DNA of 64,000 nucleotides, taken from Candidatus Saccharicenans sp. GTDB taxonomy: Bacteria; Acidobacteriota; Aminicenantia; Aminicenantales; Saccharicenantaceae. Below, piece after piece: positions 61,017 to 64,000 of the stretch. The number at the start of each line of letters is the position of its first letter. Position 1 is the stretch's first letter. Position numbers and translations under genes: made by a program. Where the stretch lies: assembly GCA_029907135.1 (NCBI GenBank), contig JARYMJ010000005.1, positions 446 to 64,445 of the forward strand. The letters run 5' to 3'. A model generated the notes under the pieces. It did not search any database. It saw nothing but the letters and a program-made list of their open reading frames with translations, and was not told where the DNA came from.

Positions 61017-64000
61017 ATGGCCAAAATATTCAAAGCAATTGATGGTAATACCGCGGCCACGCACGTGGCCTATGCTTATTCCGAGGTGGCTGCTATCTAT
61101 CCCATCACTCCCTCTTCCACCATGGGAGAGATGGCTGACGAGTGGTCAGCCCAGGGCCGGAAAAATATTTTCGGCCAGACCGTGGAAGTGGTGGAAATGC
61201 AGTCAGAAGCCGGTGCGGCTGGAGCCGTCCATGGCTCACTGAGCGCCGGGTGTCTGACCACCACCTTTACCGCCTCTCAGGGCCTGATGCTGATGCTGCC
61301 CAACATGCACAAGATCGCCGGGGAGCTGCTGCCGACGGTCTTTCACGTTTCAGCCCGGTCGCTGGCCTGCCAGTCCCTGTCTATTTTCGGCGACCATTCC
61401 GATGTCATGGCCGCTCGTAATACCGGTTTTGCCATGATGTGCTCCGGTTCTGTTCAAGAAATCATGGACCTGGCCATCATCTGTCACCTGGCCAGCCTCA
61501 AGAGCAAGATTCCCTTCCTCCACTTCTTCGACGGCTTCCGCACTTCCAGCGAAGTCCAGAAGATAGAAATTGTGCCCTATGAAACGCTGGCTGAACTGTT
61601 TGAGCCGAAATACCTGGAAGATTTTAGAAGCCGAGCCCTGAACCCGGAAAAACCGATGATGAAGGTCGGAGCCGAGAACCCGGATGTCTATTTCCAGGGC
61701 CGAGAAACGGTCAATAAGTATTACGCCGCCACCCCGGAAATTGTCCAGGAATACATGGATAAAGTGGCCAGAGTTACCGGCCGCCAGTACCAGCTATTTG
61801 ACTATTTCGGCGCGCCCGATGCTGATAAAGTTATAGTAATCATGGGCTCGGGGGCCGAGACCACCGAAGAAACTATAGATTACCTGAATAAGCATGGCCA
61901 TAAAGTCGGCTTGATTAAAGTTCGCCTGTACCGGCCTTTCTCCGTTAAAGCCTTCAATAAGGTGGTGCCTCAGACGGTTAAGAAAATTGCCGTCCTGGAC
62001 CGGACCAAGGAACCCGGGGCCATCGGAGAGCCCCTCTACCTGGATGTGGTTTCCGCCCTGTGCCACCGCGATATCAAGGTCATCGGCGGGCGCTATGGAT
62101 TGTCTTCCAAGGAATTCACCCCGGCCATGGTCAAGGCAGTTTACGACCACCTGGACGGCGCCTGTTTTCATGGCTTCACCGTGGGCATTGAGGATGATGT
62201 CACCAGAACCTCCCTGCCGGTTGGACCAGCTCTGGAGACCGAACCCGAAGGCACCGTGCGCTGCAAGTTCTGGGGGTACGGGTCTGACGGAACGGTCGGG
62301 GCCAACAAAAATTCTATTACCATTATCGGCGACAATACCGACCTCTATGCCCAGGGTTATTTTGAATATGATTCCAAGAAATCAGGCGGGGTGACCATCT
62401 CCCACCTCCGCTTCGGGAAACATCCCATCAAGTCCGAGTACCTGCTGAATACCGTTGATTTTGTTGCTCTGCACAAGTCGGCTTACATCGGCCGCTATGA
62501 TGTCCTGGAAGGAGTGAGAGAGGGCGGAGTTTTCCTGCTGAATTCAACCTGGCCCAAAGAAGAGGTCTTCGAGCGCCTGACCGCCGATATGCAGAAAACC
62601 ATCATCGAAAAGAAGATCAAGGTCTTCAACATCGATGCTTTTAAGATCGCCCAGGAAGTGGGGCTCAGAAACAGGATCAACACTATCATGCAGGTCTGCT
62701 TCTTCAAGATTTCCGGCGTCCTGCCCGAAGACAAGGCCATCGACTTGATCAAGAAAGCCATCTACAAGACCTACCACAAGAAGGGCGAGGACGTGGTGGC
62801 CATGAACCTGAAGGCCGTCGACCGGGCTCTAGAAGCCCTGGAAGAAGTTCCAATACCAAAGACCATCACCAAGTCAGCTCCGGTGCCGCGCCTGATTCCG
62901 GAAGAGGCCGACGCCTTTGCCCGCCAGGTGATCGAGCCGATCATGCATTTCAAGGGCAATACCATTCCCGTTTCTAAGATGCCCGAGGACGGGCGCGTGC
63001 CCACCAACACCGCCAAACTGGAAAAAAGAGGCATCGCTGAGCAGGTGCCCCGCTGGTTACCAGAGCACTGCATCCAGTGCAACCAGTGCGTCTTTGTTTG
63101 TCCCCATGCTGCTGTCCGGGCCAAACAGATTTTGCCAGATGACCTGAAGAAGGCACCGGCAACTTTTAACACCCTGGTCTCCAACACCAAGAATGATAAG
63201 AACCTCAAATACCGCCTCCAGGTTTACATTGAAGACTGCGTCGGCTGCGGGGTGTGTGTCGAGACCTGTCCGGCCAAGGAAAAAGCTCTGGTCATGGTTC
63301 CGACCGAAGAAGAAAGGGCCGCCGGCCAGAACGAGAACGAAAAGTTCTTTGAAAGCTTGCCCGATAGCCTCCTGGACGGAGTCAAGATAGACACCATCAA
63401 GGGTTCCCAGTTTCTGACCCCGCTGTTCGAGTTCAGCGGCGCCTGTGCTGGCTGCGGCGAGACTCCCTACATCAAGCTGGCTACCCAACTCTTCGGCGAC
63501 CGAATGATCATCGCCAATGCCACCGGTTGTTCCTCCATCTACGGCGGCACCTTCCCGGTTTCTCCCTATGCCAGGAATAAAGAAGGCAAAGGACCGGCCT
63601 GGGCTAACTCCCTGTTTGAAGACAATGCCGAATACGGCTTTGGCATGAGGCTGGCGGTTGATACCATGCGGCGGCAGCTCTGGGCTAACCTGGAAGCGGC
63701 CATAGCCGCCGGTACGATGCCCGAACTGGTAGAAGCTATGCAGAAGATGAAGGAGCTCTGGAACGATAAGGGCGAAGCAGCCCGGACTGCGGCCAGAAAA
63801 ATACAGGAACTCCTGCCCCAGGCTCTGGCCAAAAATGATGCCGCCAAACCTTATCTGACCAAGGTGGCCGAACTGCAGGATTATCTGGTTGACAAAAGCG
63901 TCTGGTGCATCGGCGGCGATGGCTGGGCCTACGATATCGGCTTCGGCGGTCTGGACCATGTGGTGGCCATGAACCGCAATGTTAACCTGTTGGTGCTGGA
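61017..64000 (+). CDS. nifJ: Pyruvate:ferredoxin (flavodoxin) oxidoreductase, single-polypeptide type; 3' end beyond the right window edge
   Basis: Not in the ORF track because there is no stop in the window. ATG 61017 follows AAGGAG. The N-terminus reads MAKIFKAIDGNTAATHVAYAYSEVAAIYPITPSSTMGEMADEW... Ferredoxin motifs are CIQCNQCVFVCP and CVGCGVCVETCP. The TPP-domain block GGDGWAYDIGFGGLDH is present. Confidence 0.9.
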   Translation, partial: MAKIFKAIDGNTAATHVAYAYSEVAAIYPITPSSTMGEMADEWSAQGRKNIFGQTVEVVEMQSEAGAAGAVHGSLSAGCLTTTFTASQGLMLMLPNMHKIAGELLPTVFHVSARSLACQSLSIFGDHSDVMAARNTGFAMMCSGSVQEIMDLAIICHLASLKSKIPFLHFFDGFRTSSEVQKIEIVPYETLAELFEPKYLEDFRSRALNPEKPMMKVGAENPDVYFQGRETVNKYYAATPEIVQEYMDKVARVTGRQYQLFDYFGAPDADKVIVIMGSGAETTEETIDYLNKHGHKVGLIKVRLYRPFSVKAFNKVVPQTVKKIAVLDRTKEPGAIGEPLYLDVVSALCHRDIKVIGGRYGLSSKEFTPAMVKAVYDHLDGACFHGFTVGIEDDVTRTSLPVGPALETEPEGTVRCKFWGYGSDGTVGANKNSITIIGDNTDLYAQGYFEYDSKKSGGVTISHLRFGKHPIKSEYLLNTVDFVALHKSAYIGRYDVLEGVREGGVFLLNSTWPKEEVFERLTADMQKTIIEKKIKVFNIDAFKIAQEVGLRNRINTIMQVCFFKISGVLPEDKAIDLIKKAIYKTYHKKGEDVVAMNLKAVDRALEALEEVPIPKTITKSAPVPRLIPEEADAFARQVIEPIMHFKGNTIPVSKMPEDGRVPTNTAKLEKRGIAEQVPRWLPEHCIQCNQCVFVCPHAAVRAKQILPDDLKKAPATFNTLVSNTKNDKNLKYRLQVYIEDCVGCGVCVETCPAKEKALVMVPTEEERAAGQNENEKFFESLPDSLLDGVKIDTIKGSQFLTPLFEFSGACAGCGETPYIKLATQLFGDRMIIANATGCSSIYGGTFPVSPYARNKEGKGPAWANSLFEDNAEYGFGMRLAVDTMRRQLWANLEAAIAAGTMPELVEAMQKMKELWNDKGEAARTAARKIQELLPQALAKNDAAKPYLTKVAELQDYLVDKSVWCIGGDGWAYDIGFGGLDHVVAMNRNVNLLVL

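Overview
This is a 64-kb chromosomal segment from a diderm (outer-membrane-bearing) bacterium, moderately GC-rich by eye and densely coding. I call about 50 protein genes and 2 tRNA-Ser genes. I saw no rRNA, CRISPR array, transposase, integrase or phage genes, and no long non-coding repeats.

The content mixes housekeeping genes with many exported scavenging enzymes:
- Housekeeping: dnaX-ybaB-recR, hflKC, thrC, hom, tadA, rocD, and a pyruvate:ferredoxin oxidoreductase cut by the right edge.
- Peptidases: two tandem C69 dipeptidases (the first cut by the left edge), an M14/AstE-like hydrolase and an S9 peptidase.
- Glycan enzymes: a GH20 hexosaminidase, a GH88/105-like hydrolase and a GH127-like enzyme.
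- Other exported proteins: three sortilin/VPS10-type Asp-box propeller paralogs.
- Transport: a FecB/BtuF-type ABC importer, an MFS symporter, a DctM-like permease and an EamA transporter.

Functional calls rest only on motifs and architectures I recognise by eye. No similarity search was possible, so family names are hypotheses of varying strength.

Regions most worth a second look:
1. A tightly coupled rhodanese -> 46-aa TM/CXXC mini-protein -> membrane polyferredoxin module at 40.5-42.5 kb. The mini-protein is absent from the ORF track.
2. A 1021-aa protein fusing an HExxH protease-like domain, a TolB-type propeller and an Omp85-type barrel.
3. An internally duplicated helical insertion in one VPS10 paralog.
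4. A fused multi-Fe-S flavoenzyme pair of the sarcosine-oxidase/proline-dehydrogenase/opine-oxidase type.
5. An ArsC-fold protein with a dead P-loop.
6. An A8 slippery run in dnaX at the expected tau/gamma boundary.
7. An mRNA-tRNA mosaic operon (tadA-tRNA-hom-tRNA-rocD).

I found no classical defence or mobile system, and none of the candidate novel systems can be proven from sequence alone.
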